Shown here one piece after another: positions 37,183-46,405 of a stretch of DNA of 64,000 nucleotides. The notes under the pieces were generated by a model. It was not told where the DNA came from and did no database searches. It saw only the letters and a program-made list of their open reading frames with translations. Location of the stretch: the IMG/VR virus record IMGVR_UViG_2630968317_000001, positions 24,162 to 88,161 of that record; one strand, given 5' to 3'. Position numbers and translations under genes: made by a program. The first letter of the stretch is position 1; the number at the start of each line of letters is the position of its first letter. Source of the DNA: a virus. Lineage: Duplodnaviria; Caudoviricetes.

Positions 37183-37464
37183 ATGATCGATAAAATCAGC
37201 GGATGTATCAAGATTACTGAAAACGGGTACCTCTCGAAGGCTACAAGCAACAATGTACGCAAATACTTAGGACTTGAAAATCTGACGGAGTTGACCGACT
37301 ATCAAATGGAACCAACGTTGAATATCACGCCGGCAGGCGTCTTGATCTCGATTAGTAGTCGTTTAGTTGCGAAAAGTTCCGATATCCATCCGAAAGAAAT
37401 CCCGTTGGTGCCGGATAAAGATGGTTCCTTCTTTTTCAGCTTCGTCCAAGGTGATCGCACATGA
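37183..37464 (+). CDS. Hypothetical protein (paralog B)
   Basis: RBS GGAGG; similar to 36900..37181. Confidence 0.7.
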   Translation: MIDKISGCIKITENGYLSKATSNNVRKYLGLENLTELTDYQMEPTLNITPAGVLISISSRLVAKSSDIHPKEIPLVPDKDGSFFFSFVQGDRT

Positions 37465-37748
37465 CCGCGCTACCTACTTTCGCCACCTGCGGCGCATGTA
37501 CTCAACGGACCGCCGTCGTATTAAAAGAACGGGCCATACGAAAAGGTGTCGTCGAAACGTACTTTGACTGTATCGTCTGTGGTACGCACTGCCCGACCGC
37601 GATCACGAACAGCGCGCTGCGAACGAAAATCGAGTCGCTTAAGCAATTACGGCTAACAGACGGATCAGAATCGGCTGCAATCGACGCACTCAAAGCGGAA
37701 ATAACCGTCGATATGAAAGTATTGCGGGAACGGTACGGACTAACATAA
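37461..37748 (+). CDS. Zn-ribbon plus coiled-coil protein
   Basis: CGAC...ETYFDCIVCG. Confidence 0.7.
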   Translation: MTALPTFATCGACTQRTAVVLKERAIRKGVVETYFDCIVCGTHCPTAITNSALRTKIESLKQLRLTDGSESAAIDALKAEITVDMKVLRERYGLT

Positions 37749-37863
37749 CGATTTTAACACGTAAAAGGCACGAAATTAGACGTTTCGGTAGTCGACTAGA
37801 GTATTCGTAAGGTAGGTCGGTGAAAAACGCTGATTTCGTGTGATTCCTAAGGAGGTTCGGAAG

Positions 37864-38085
37864 GTGATTATTGATACGAGAGAATCCGGCGTTGTTAAAA
37901 TCGCAGGAAACGGTGACTTGATTTTAACGAAAGACAGCGTAGCTTTTGACTTAAAAACGGATAAGTCGTCTAAAACGGCGTTTCATATCACGGACCACGT
38001 AATTTATTGCGTAGGGTCAAGCGTAACTTTCAGACGAAAAATACGAATGGCCTTAAAAGTATTAAAGTACATTTTCGGAAAATAA
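37864..38085 (+). CDS. Hypothetical protein
   Basis: GTG after AGGAGG. Confidence 0.55.
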   Translation: MIIDTRESGVVKIAGNGDLILTKDSVAFDLKTDKSSKTAFHITDHVIYCVGSSVTFRRKIRMALKVLKYIFGK

Positions 38086-38112
38086 AAGCAATCAGATGGG
38101 GAGGACGGATAG

Positions 38113-38397
38113 ATGACGAAGTATCGCAAAAAGCCGGTCGTAGTCGAAGCGGTTCTTTTCGAGGACGGTATGGAAGACGGCTACGCCAGTTATCCGGTGT
38201 TTTCGGACAAATTAATCGGGTTTTATCCGAAAGGCGGCCCGATACCTAAAGCGAATAACAAACCGGCGATCAAAACGCTCGAAGGATGGTACGAGGTTGA
38301 AGTCGGCAAGCATTACATCGTCACCGGAGTTCGTGGCGAGCGTTATCCGGTTGAAAAGGAGATATTCGAAGAGACATACGAGAAAGTCGAAGAGTAA
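38113..38397 (+). CDS. Conserved phage protein (KYRKKPVVVEA type)
   Basis: KYRKKPVVVEA...IKTLEG...GVRGERYPVEKEIFEETYE. Confidence 0.8.
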   Translation: MTKYRKKPVVVEAVLFEDGMEDGYASYPVFSDKLIGFYPKGGPIPKANNKPAIKTLEGWYEVEVGKHYIVTGVRGERYPVEKEIFEETYEKVEE

Positions 38398-38405
38398 ATA
38401 AACGA

Positions 38406-38533
38406 ATGCGGTGGCGGAATAGGTAGACGCTTAGTACGTGCGAAAGCATAGGAGAATCGGGAGTGAACCCGCTAAAAAACTCGTGAGTCAGAAAGCTCGG
38501 CTGACATACGAGGTGCAAATCCTCGTCCGCATA
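38406..38533 (+). ncRNA. tRNA-like RNA with anticodon arm replaced by a branched domain
   Basis: ATGCGG/CCGCAT acceptor; D arm GCG-GAATAGGTAGA-CGC; T arm ACGAGG-TGCAAAT-CCTCGT. Confidence 0.65.
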
Positions 38534-38612
38534 TCCTGACGCGACTAAGGATTCTCCGCCGGTGGGGACGTAAAATACGTACCGGAAAGCGTGTGATATT
38601 GTCGCAATCAGA

Positions 38613-38646
38613 ACGAGGCTTCCGGTCAGCGCCGGAGGTCTTTTTG
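38613..38646 (+). terminator. Intrinsic terminator inside ncRNA cluster
   Basis: GAGGCTTCCGG-TCAGCG-CCGGAGGTCTT then T run. Confidence 0.65.
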
Positions 38647-38747
38647 TGCTTGCGTCTAGCATTAGAGCCGTAAAGGCATTCGGTTGACGTACGTGCATTC
38701 ACCGGCACGCCTCTCGAAGAAGCGGACCACGGCCGGTGTGACAAGAT

Positions 38748-38805
38748 AGGGGCGCATGTTCCAAGGCGGCGAATTATTGGGCAGGTTTGATTCCTGTCGC
38801 CTCTG
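38748..38805 (+). ncRNA. 58-nt tRNA-like element lacking anticodon arm (or pseudo-tRNA)
   Basis: AGGGGCG/CGCCTCT acceptor; T arm GCAGG-TTTGATT-CCTGT. Confidence 0.55.
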
Positions 38806-38863
38806 TAAGTCAGAGATTCATTGTGAAGCTCTGTCTCTAAAACGGACAGAGGGGATGACGTGA

Positions 38864-39166
38864 ATGGCGGAAAACAAACGCGAATCAGTCGGCGGATTAA
38901 ACGTAAAGGTAGACGTAGATGTTGCGGAGGCTATCAAGGGACTCAAAGCGGTCCAGCGCGCAGCAAAAGACGCGACTAAAGCGTTGGCAGAGTTAGAGTC
39001 GGCGATGAAAGGGTACGAGAATGCGCAGAAGAACGACAGACTGATCGGCGTAGATGTAGGAGTTGTCGGCTATGACTCGCGTCCAGTAGTGGGAACGATG
39101 AAGCACGCGGGACCTAATAGATTTTTCGGCTACGGAACTTCACCGGCAAAAAGCACCACTAACTAA
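38864..39166 (+). CDS. Hypothetical protein
   Basis: RBS GAGGGG; 100 aa. Confidence 0.7.
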   Translation: MAENKRESVGGLNVKVDVDVAEAIKGLKAVQRAAKDATKALAELESAMKGYENAQKNDRLIGVDVGVVGYDSRPVVGTMKHAGPNRFFGYGTSPAKSTTN

Positions 39167-39708
39167 ATCGTGATGCTCTCGTATGCGACCGAAATCTCGT
39201 CGGCTGTGATACCGATGTATTTCAGCGTATCTTTTTCGGATGAATGACCGAGAATCGCCATGATCCGGTCGACTGTGATATTCATTTCATACAAGCGGTA
39301 GCCGAACGTTTTTCTAAGCGTGTGAGTCCCGATGTTGCCGATCTTTTGAGCGATTTCGGCACGTTCGGCGGCTTCGTTTAGAATGCGATAGGCCTGAACG
39401 CGGCTGATCGGCTTGGCGCCCTTGCGGCTGGCAAATACGTAGTCATCTTCGGCACCTTCGAGTTCATTGACGAGCTTTATGACGGATGCTGAGAACGTAA
39501 TGACACGCGTTTTCTTGCGCTTGGCCTCGGTTATTTTAAGAGACGTTTGGCCGCGAAGATCGCCGACCTTAAGTGAAAGTAAATCGGAGATTCTCAGCCC
39601 AAAAGCCGTCCCTAGTTGTAATAACAGACGGTCGCGCCCCGGTTTGAGGGCATTTTTTAGTTTATTGAAATCGCGTTTACTTTTAATCGGATTCACTTCG
39701 TTAGCCAT
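39163..39708 (-). CDS. Stand-alone small tyrosine recombinase (catalytic domain only)
   Basis: GLRISDLL; HTLRKTFG; LGHSS; TLKYIG; SigA promoter TTGACT-17-TATAAT at 39753-39781 (minus). Confidence 0.92.
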   Translation of the reverse strand: MANEVNPIKSKRDFNKLKNALKPGRDRLLLQLGTAFGLRISDLLSLKVGDLRGQTSLKITEAKRKKTRVITFSASVIKLVNELEGAEDDYVFASRKGAKPISRVQAYRILNEAAERAEIAQKIGNIGTHTLRKTFGYRLYEMNITVDRIMAILGHSSEKDTLKYIGITADEISVAYESITI

Positions 39709-39810
39709 ACGTCTCCACTCCAATGTACTTTAATTATTTTTAAGTTACATTTATTATACGATATCGAGTTCGGCAAGTCAACGGCAAATAGACGGGAAGG
39801 AGGCGGTAGT

Positions 39811-41577
39811 TTGGCGTTTATTAACGGCAAGTTTTTAGAACGTGAAGAAAGGCAGGCGAGGATAGAGGCCATAACGGGACGGCTGAAGAAACTGCGCGAC
39901 ATTATCCAGGCGGGCAAGCATACGGAATATCACGTCGATCTTATGCGGAAGGATCGCGACGAACTGATCAAGTTGAAACGGGTACACCGCGCCGAGACCG
40001 ATATGCTTTATTTCTTCTACGAATACTTTTCGGAATCGCGGAACCCCGGCAATCCGGACAATCTCGTGCCGACGACCGCAGTAGACCTGGATGACGCTCC
40101 GGACTTTCACCGGAAGCTATCGTCTATCCTCGACTCGGTATCTAACCGCAATAAAACGGCACGTATCGCATGGGCGGCTTCGAGGGGTCACGCCAAGTCG
40201 GCGTACTTATCGAATGGTTTTCCGGTGCATGAAATCGTTTATAAAAAGCGACGCATGATCTTGATTATTTCGGAAACAAACGCCGGATCGATCAAGTTCA
40301 TTAAGTGGGTCGCCGGCCAGCTTAAGTATAACCAAAAGCTACGGGAAGACTTCGGCGAAGTTCTGTACGAACAGAAAACGCGCAACGAAAAAGACTCCGA
40401 AACGGCCTTTATTACAACGACTGGCATCAAGATGGAAGCGACATCGCTCGGAACACAAATCCGGGGTTTCCGTAATGGCTCGCAGCGTCCGGATTTAATT
40501 CTACTAGACGACTTGGAGTCGTTAGATTCGAACAATACTCCTGAATTGCGCCAAAAGGCGAAGGATTGGCTTAACCAAGACCTTATGCCAGCGGGTGATC
40601 CCACGAAAACAGCGTTTATTTTCATGGGGACACTTGTACACTTCGACTCTTTGCTGAACTACGTACTGAACGAACGTCGCGATTTTATTAAGAATAGTTT
40701 TCCGGCGGTCATCAAACCGCCGAAGAGAACCGATTTGTGGGCGGAGTTCGAACGTATTTACAAAGAGTACGTACCAAGCGATGAAGAAGTCGAAGAGATG
40801 ATGCAGGCTGAATCGGAAGACACAATGTCTACACCGAATGCGCGTGCTGCAATGCGTTTTTACGAAGAGCATAAATCAGAAATGGACGAAGGCGCCGAAG
40901 TTTTGTGGCCCGGACGCTTTCCTTTGCCTGCGTTGATGATCGAAAAGGTCAATATCGGGACAAAGGCGTTCAACACCGAATTTATGAATAACCCAATCGA
41001 TGAGGATTCGCAACTATTCAAGCCGGAGTCCTTTTCGTATTGGACGGATTTTAAACTTAATCGCAAAGAATACGCCATTTACATGGGAATCGACTTTGCG
41101 ATGGGTAAAGAACGAGGAGACTTTTCGGCTATTGTCACGATAGCCAAGCATAAAAAGACCGGAAAGACTTACGTAATAGATGCGTATGGAGAGCGGATAA
41201 AGCCCGATCAGTTCATGCGAAAAATCGTCGAGAAGGTCATTCAGTATTTGCCGGATCGTATCGCGGCTGAGTCGCAGATGGCGCAAGAGTTTTTCATCGA
41301 CGAATTGAAAAAAGAACTTACGATGCAAGGATATCCGGCAGGCTCACGCGTTACTAAAATCAATCAGCGTTCGCGTAAAGAACTTCGTATCGAGGCACTT
41401 ATGCCGCAGATTGAAAAAGGTGAAATCGAATTTCATCGCAGCCAAGCGCTTTTACTCGAACAGTTTGAGCGCTACGGATCGAACTGGCATGATGATTTAC
41501 CTGATGCGTTAGAAATGGCAGTGAGTGTCAGTAAACGAGCTAAGACAGTACTTCAATCGAAGCCTAAGTATATGTAA
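39811..41577 (+). CDS. terL: Terminase large subunit
   Basis: ASRGHAKS; LILLDDLE; GIDFAMG; HDDLPDALE. Confidence 0.93.
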   Translation: MAFINGKFLEREERQARIEAITGRLKKLRDIIQAGKHTEYHVDLMRKDRDELIKLKRVHRAETDMLYFFYEYFSESRNPGNPDNLVPTTAVDLDDAPDFHRKLSSILDSVSNRNKTARIAWAASRGHAKSAYLSNGFPVHEIVYKKRRMILIISETNAGSIKFIKWVAGQLKYNQKLREDFGEVLYEQKTRNEKDSETAFITTTGIKMEATSLGTQIRGFRNGSQRPDLILLDDLESLDSNNTPELRQKAKDWLNQDLMPAGDPTKTAFIFMGTLVHFDSLLNYVLNERRDFIKNSFPAVIKPPKRTDLWAEFERIYKEYVPSDEEVEEMMQAESEDTMSTPNARAAMRFYEEHKSEMDEGAEVLWPGRFPLPALMIEKVNIGTKAFNTEFMNNPIDEDSQLFKPESFSYWTDFKLNRKEYAIYMGIDFAMGKERGDFSAIVTIAKHKKTGKTYVIDAYGERIKPDQFMRKIVEKVIQYLPDRIAAESQMAQEFFIDELKKELTMQGYPAGSRVTKINQRSRKELRIEALMPQIEKGEIEFHRSQALLLEQFERYGSNWHDDLPDALEMAVSVSKRAKTVLQSKPKYM

Positions 41578-41594
41578 CGGAAGGAGGACGTTAA

Positions 41595-42020
41595 ATGTCG
41601 TTAAAAAAGAAACTAGAAGCAAAGCTATCGTATGAAAAAAGGAAAGCGGCCCTTGCATGCGCCATGAATGAAATAATGCCGGAAGACGGCGCAAAGAAAA
41701 CGCAAGCGGAATTAGCTGAAGAACTAGGCATGTCGCGTATGGGATTGTATCGTTGGCGAACGCAGGACCCCGCGTTCATCGAATATATGGGTCTATTAGC
41801 TGACGAGATGCTAGCGAGTCACCAAGCGGAAGTTTACGGTCAATTGATGCGGTCGATACGAGGGAAACAACCTTCGATGAAGGCTATCGAAATTTACACG
41901 AAATTAATCGGTAAGCTAGCGGATAGACAGATTATCACCGACAACACATCAGATAATCAAACAATCGAGGACATAAACGCGCTAACAAACGAATTAGACG
42001 ATCTTTTGAAGGAGGAATAA
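41595..42020 (+). CDS. HTH protein (phBC6A51-like), candidate terminase small subunit
   Basis: KTQAELAEELGMSRMGLYRWRTQDPAFIEY; between terL and portal. Confidence 0.7.
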   Translation: MSLKKKLEAKLSYEKRKAALACAMNEIMPEDGAKKTQAELAEELGMSRMGLYRWRTQDPAFIEYMGLLADEMLASHQAEVYGQLMRSIRGKQPSMKAIEIYTKLIGKLADRQIITDNTSDNQTIEDINALTNELDDLLKEE

Positions 42021-42023
42021 GCG

Positions 42024-43625
42024 ATGGGTTTTACGGACTTCTTTAAGCACCGCAACCACGAACCCGACGACGGATCGCACACTAAGACGTACAGTATCAT
42101 CCGACCCGGCGCGCAGTTTCCTCCGGCTGACTCAATCGAGCGTTTAGCGAAATATAGGCGCATGAAAAAGCTTTTTGAGGGTCGTCAACGGGACGTTTAT
42201 GAGCGTGCGACCGACGTGCTCAAAGACTCGCCGCAAGCCGAGCAATTAAAGAAGCTGTATATTGCGGTCAACCTTGCCGATATTCTCGTAACGAAGCCGG
42301 CCGACCTTCTCGTAGGCGAACCGGTTCAGTTCGAAAGTGGCCTGCCCGATGACAGCGAAGAGCAAAAAGCGCTTAATCGATACGTAGAAGAAAACGATAT
42401 TAATCAGCTTCTTCACGAAAGCGCAACGGCTAATGGATTCCGCGGCGATTCGTGGTTTAAGGTGCGCTACGGCTACCGTCAAGACTTTTCGGAAGTGGAG
42501 AAACTCGGCTTACCAGTACCTGCAGATGCAGAAATGGAAGCGATCATCGAACACGTCAGCGCAGGCGCGGTCTTTCCGGAGTTCAGCGTCGGAAACATCA
42601 AGAAACTAAAAGCGGTCAATATTGCGCAGGTCGAATGGGTCAAAACCGAGAAGACGGAGATTCCGTTTTTAAACGTTGAACGACACATACCGGGATATAT
42701 TCTTTATTCGCGATACCGATTATACGAAAACGGGGTTGATACCTCAACTGGCATGTCAGTATCCGTATACACCATCGGTGAGCAACTGCCGACAGGTCGT
42801 GAAGAGGATATTGAGGAAACGCATTTGCCGCATATACCGGTCTTTCACGTACCCTACAAATCAATTGACGACGAATTCTTCGGCATCGGCGGGTTAGAGA
42901 AGTTAGAGACGGTGTTTGCTGCGATTAACGACCGCCTAGTTCAGATCGACTATATCCTATGGAAACACAGCGATCCTACAGCGTATGGACCGGAGATTCA
43001 AGACGACGGGAACACCGTTCAGTTCGGCGGCGCTTATATACCGGTCGGAAAAGAAGATGTAACGCCGGGTTATATGGTTTGGCAAGCACAGCTAGACGCA
43101 GCCTTTAAGGAACTCGACGTGTTGTTTAGTAACGTATTCATGATGTCGGAAACGCCGCAGTGGCTTTTCGGGACTACGATGTCGGGCGATAACTCAGGCG
43201 GAACTGGAACGTCCCACACCGACGGCGCCGCAATTAAAGCGCGGTTCATGCCGATTCTATCAAAAGTAAAACGCATAAGAGCGCACTATGATAAAGCGGT
43301 CAGGGACGCGTTGTGGACGTGTATGCTCTTAGAAAAAGCGGTCAAACGTATCAAGATTGACGAAGCTGTTTATCCACGCGCTATTTGGAACGACGGTATT
43401 CCGCGGAATGAAAAAGAACTTGCAGAGATCATGCAGATTAGAACGGCCGGCAAGCCGACTATTGACGTTAGAGACGCAATCAAGGCGATGGATGACGTCG
43501 ATGATGAAAAGGCGGACGAAATCATGCGCCGCATTGAAGAAGACGAAACATCCGCAAATGGCTTCGTAGATGCGTCGATCTTTAATGAGCCGGAAGCGCC
43601 GCCGGAACCTGAGGACGATGAGTAA
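42024..43625 (+). CDS. Portal protein (SPP1 gp6-like)
   Basis: 533 aa; position after terminase; acidic C-terminus. Confidence 0.85.
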   Translation: MGFTDFFKHRNHEPDDGSHTKTYSIIRPGAQFPPADSIERLAKYRRMKKLFEGRQRDVYERATDVLKDSPQAEQLKKLYIAVNLADILVTKPADLLVGEPVQFESGLPDDSEEQKALNRYVEENDINQLLHESATANGFRGDSWFKVRYGYRQDFSEVEKLGLPVPADAEMEAIIEHVSAGAVFPEFSVGNIKKLKAVNIAQVEWVKTEKTEIPFLNVERHIPGYILYSRYRLYENGVDTSTGMSVSVYTIGEQLPTGREEDIEETHLPHIPVFHVPYKSIDDEFFGIGGLEKLETVFAAINDRLVQIDYILWKHSDPTAYGPEIQDDGNTVQFGGAYIPVGKEDVTPGYMVWQAQLDAAFKELDVLFSNVFMMSETPQWLFGTTMSGDNSGGTGTSHTDGAAIKARFMPILSKVKRIRAHYDKAVRDALWTCMLLEKAVKRIKIDEAVYPRAIWNDGIPRNEKELAEIMQIRTAGKPTIDVRDAIKAMDDVDDEKADEIMRRIEEDETSANGFVDASIFNEPEAPPEPEDDE

Positions 43626-44455
43626 TGGCGAAAGTACCGGCGCCTAACTACGATTATCAGACGAAGCAACTTGCCGGCTATTATCGTTCCGCCATCAAAG
43701 ACATTTTCGCCGAGCTTGATCGCGTTGATATTTCGGATTTCCGACGAGTCAATGCGCTTGTTACGCTTCAATCAATCAGCCGTATTTTAGCCGACCTTGA
43801 TACGAAGTCAGCGCGGTGGGTTAGTGAAAACGTACCTATAGCCGCAAACGATGGCGTAATCAATACGCTTGTGGCGCTTAAGATCGCCGAGACAGTTGAA
43901 CAAGCGGCGCTTATCGTAAAGTTCAACGAGCTAAACGAAGCAATGGTCGCGGCTGCTATTGCGGATACACAAGCGGATCTTTTAGCGGTCACGCAGAACG
44001 TAGACCGGAAAACAAAAGCCGCGGTTAGACGTGCCGTTTCCGATTCTATTAAGTACAACATGGCGGCGGGTACAAACGGACGAAGAACGATACGAGACGA
44101 TATTAAAAAGCGCCTCAAAGAATCCGTCGTGACCGGAATCGTCGACGCAAAAGGACGGCGCTGGAAGCCGGAAGTATACGCCGATATGGTGACCCGAACA
44201 AAAATGATGCAGACATACCGTGAAGCAACGACTAACGAAGCCGTTGATCGCGGCGTTTTGTATGCGCAAATATCGTCACACGGGGCGAAGGACGCCTGTC
44301 GGGGTCATGAAGGCGAGATTATAAAGCTGACGCCGGAAGCGCCCGGAGATTTTAAAACCTACGAAGAACTACAGGCGACGGGCGAGATATTTCATCCGCG
44401 TTGTAAGCACGTATATTCACCGATTAGAGATGTCGGTTTATTGTCCGAACGTTAA
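43625..44455 (+). CDS. Minor capsid / head morphogenesis protein
   Basis: DAKGRRW...YADMVTRT...FHPRCKH. Confidence 0.85.
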   Translation: MAKVPAPNYDYQTKQLAGYYRSAIKDIFAELDRVDISDFRRVNALVTLQSISRILADLDTKSARWVSENVPIAANDGVINTLVALKIAETVEQAALIVKFNELNEAMVAAAIADTQADLLAVTQNVDRKTKAAVRRAVSDSIKYNMAAGTNGRRTIRDDIKKRLKESVVTGIVDAKGRRWKPEVYADMVTRTKMMQTYREATTNEAVDRGVLYAQISSHGAKDACRGHEGEIIKLTPEAPGDFKTYEELQATGEIFHPRCKHVYSPIRDVGLLSER

Positions 44456-44518
44456 GACGTTAAACTAAACGGCTGTTTTATCTAATAGGCGACGGCCTTA
44501 AAACGGTTGGAGGACGAT

Positions 44519-45202
44519 ATGTTTGTAAAACGATTTATGCCGTTATTTGACGCAGATGATCAAGCAGGCGGAGGTCAAGTCGATGAGCAAGTGACGGAGC
44601 AACCGAACGATGATCAGCCGAAGAAAATCGAGCTTACGCAAGAAGAACTAGACGCGATGATTACCAAACGCATTAGCCGTACGGAATCTAAATACGCAGA
44701 TTACGGCGAGCTAAAAGAGAAGCTAAGCGCGTACGAAAAAGCGGAGCAAGAAAAGGCAGATGCAGAGCTAACGGAACTCGACCGCATCAAAAAGGAACTC
44801 GAAGCAAAGTCGGAAGTTGAGCAATCCTTAACGAAGCAGATCGAGGATCTAAAAAAAGCGGGCGAACAAGAAAAGATTACGAACGCATTCATCAAGGCGG
44901 CAACGTCGGAAAATATCGCTTACCTTGACGATGCATTGCGCTTGGCTGATTTAAGCGGTGTATCGGTTGAAGACGGAAAAGTTGTCGGCGTCGAGGACGT
45001 AGTAAAGGCGTTGGTAGAAGAAAAGCCGTTCCTTATCGCGCAGAAGCCGAAGCCAATCGGTCAAAGTACGAATTCAGGGACGGATAAGATCGACAAAACG
45101 CCGGATCAGCTTATTAAAGAAGCCGAGGAAAAAGCACGTAAGAGCGGTCGTACAGAAGATCGCGCTGCGGTTGCTCAATTGAAAAGACAGTTAAGAAAAT
45201 GA
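44519..45202 (+). CDS. Capsid scaffolding protein
   Basis: LTQEELDAMI; coiled coil; EKPFL; precedes major capsid. Confidence 0.85.
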   Translation: MFVKRFMPLFDADDQAGGGQVDEQVTEQPNDDQPKKIELTQEELDAMITKRISRTESKYADYGELKEKLSAYEKAEQEKADAELTELDRIKKELEAKSEVEQSLTKQIEDLKKAGEQEKITNAFIKAATSENIAYLDDALRLADLSGVSVEDGKVVGVEDVVKALVEEKPFLIAQKPKPIGQSTNSGTDKIDKTPDQLIKEAEEKARKSGRTEDRAAVAQLKRQLRK

Positions 45203-45258
45203 GACTCCTTTAATTAGGGGTCTTTTTTAATACAAACAAAAAAGGGGGACATATTTTT

Positions 45259-46350
45259 ATGTCACAGATTTTTTCTAATGATTTGATTGGTAAAACAGAA
45301 TCGGTACAGGACGAATTACTTCTTTTAAATCCGCATCAAACTCCGCTACTTGCGATGCTTGGTTTTTCTAATCCAGTAACACAAACCGAGCACCAATGGT
45401 TCGAGGACGAAATGTTTGCGTATGAAGGCAACGTTACTGACGCAGCTGCTGCCGACGCAACTGTTCTAAAAGTATCTTCTGTAGAACCTTTCCGTAACGG
45501 GCATGTCATTAAACTTGGCGAAGAACTAGCGCTTGTTACTGCGGTGAATAAGTCCGCTAAGGAATTAACGGTCGTTCGAGGCTACGCTAACACTACTGCG
45601 GCTGCTGTTACTGCGAACGAGAAAGTCGAAGTTCAGTTCGTAGAAGGTTCGGAAGGTGCTGACGCTAGACAAGGCCGCTACAAGCCACGTAACCGCGTAT
45701 CGAACATTACGCAAATCTTTGACGAAACTGTTGAAATTTCCGGTACTGCTGCGGCTGTCGCCAATTACGGCATCGCGGATATGTACGAGTACGAAAAGCA
45801 AAAGAAACAACTTGAACTAGCGCTTCAAATGGAAAAAGCGTTCATCGGCGGTATTCGCTACGAGAACGGCTTAGTACGTCAAATGGACGGTATTCGCAGC
45901 TTCATTAAAACTAACGTGACTGATCTTTCGGGTCAAGAGCTTTCGTTAGAAGCGATCAACGACGCAGTCCAAGCGATCTACACTAAAGGCGGTTTCAAGT
46001 CCGGCGGTCAGTACGAAATCATCGTACCTGCGAAACAAAAACGTATTATCTCTAAATTTGATAAGTCGTTAGTAAGAGTAAATCAAGGCGAAGCAAGCCG
46101 CGGAACTGTTGTTAACTTCTTGACTACGGACTTCGGTGAGTTCCCGGTATCTATTAACGACAACTTGGCGGCTGACGAAGTGCTTATCGTTGATAAAAAC
46201 CGTATCGCAATCCGTCCTTTACAGACGCGCGACATGAGCCATGAGTACCTTGGCAAGAAAGGCGACTACTTCCAAGGCATGCTTGTCGGTGAGTACACGC
46301 TAGAGTTCCAACAAGAGCCGGCTCACGCACGCATCAAAGGCGCTAAGTAA
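45259..46350 (+). CDS. Major capsid protein
   Basis: 363 aa; HQWFED; NITQIF; GEYTLE; flanked by terminators. Confidence 0.85.
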   Translation: MSQIFSNDLIGKTESVQDELLLLNPHQTPLLAMLGFSNPVTQTEHQWFEDEMFAYEGNVTDAAAADATVLKVSSVEPFRNGHVIKLGEELALVTAVNKSAKELTVVRGYANTTAAAVTANEKVEVQFVEGSEGADARQGRYKPRNRVSNITQIFDETVEISGTAAAVANYGIADMYEYEKQKKQLELALQMEKAFIGGIRYENGLVRQMDGIRSFIKTNVTDLSGQELSLEAINDAVQAIYTKGGFKSGGQYEIIVPAKQKRIISKFDKSLVRVNQGEASRGTVVNFLTTDFGEFPVSINDNLAADEVLIVDKNRIAIRPLQTRDMSHEYLGKKGDYFQGMLVGEYTLEFQQEPAHARIKGAK

Positions 46351-46405
46351 TAACTACCCGCAAACGCGGGCTTTACTTTTTTGATAGAACGGAGGTAATG
46401 CGGAC

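Noticed and set aside
34973-37820. TAGRGT...GTARGG look-alikes at ~35009, 36216 and 37797
   Set aside because: Spacing inconsistent and similarity too weak to call a motif
38406-38533. Functional tRNA-Leu, tmRNA or group I intron-containing tRNA
   Set aside because: No anticodon loop; insert far too short for a group I intron or tag ORF; kept as tRNA-like ncRNA
38534-38612. Hammerhead ribozyme
   Set aside because: CTGA and GAAA are present but the CUGANGA core and three-stem arrangement are not satisfied
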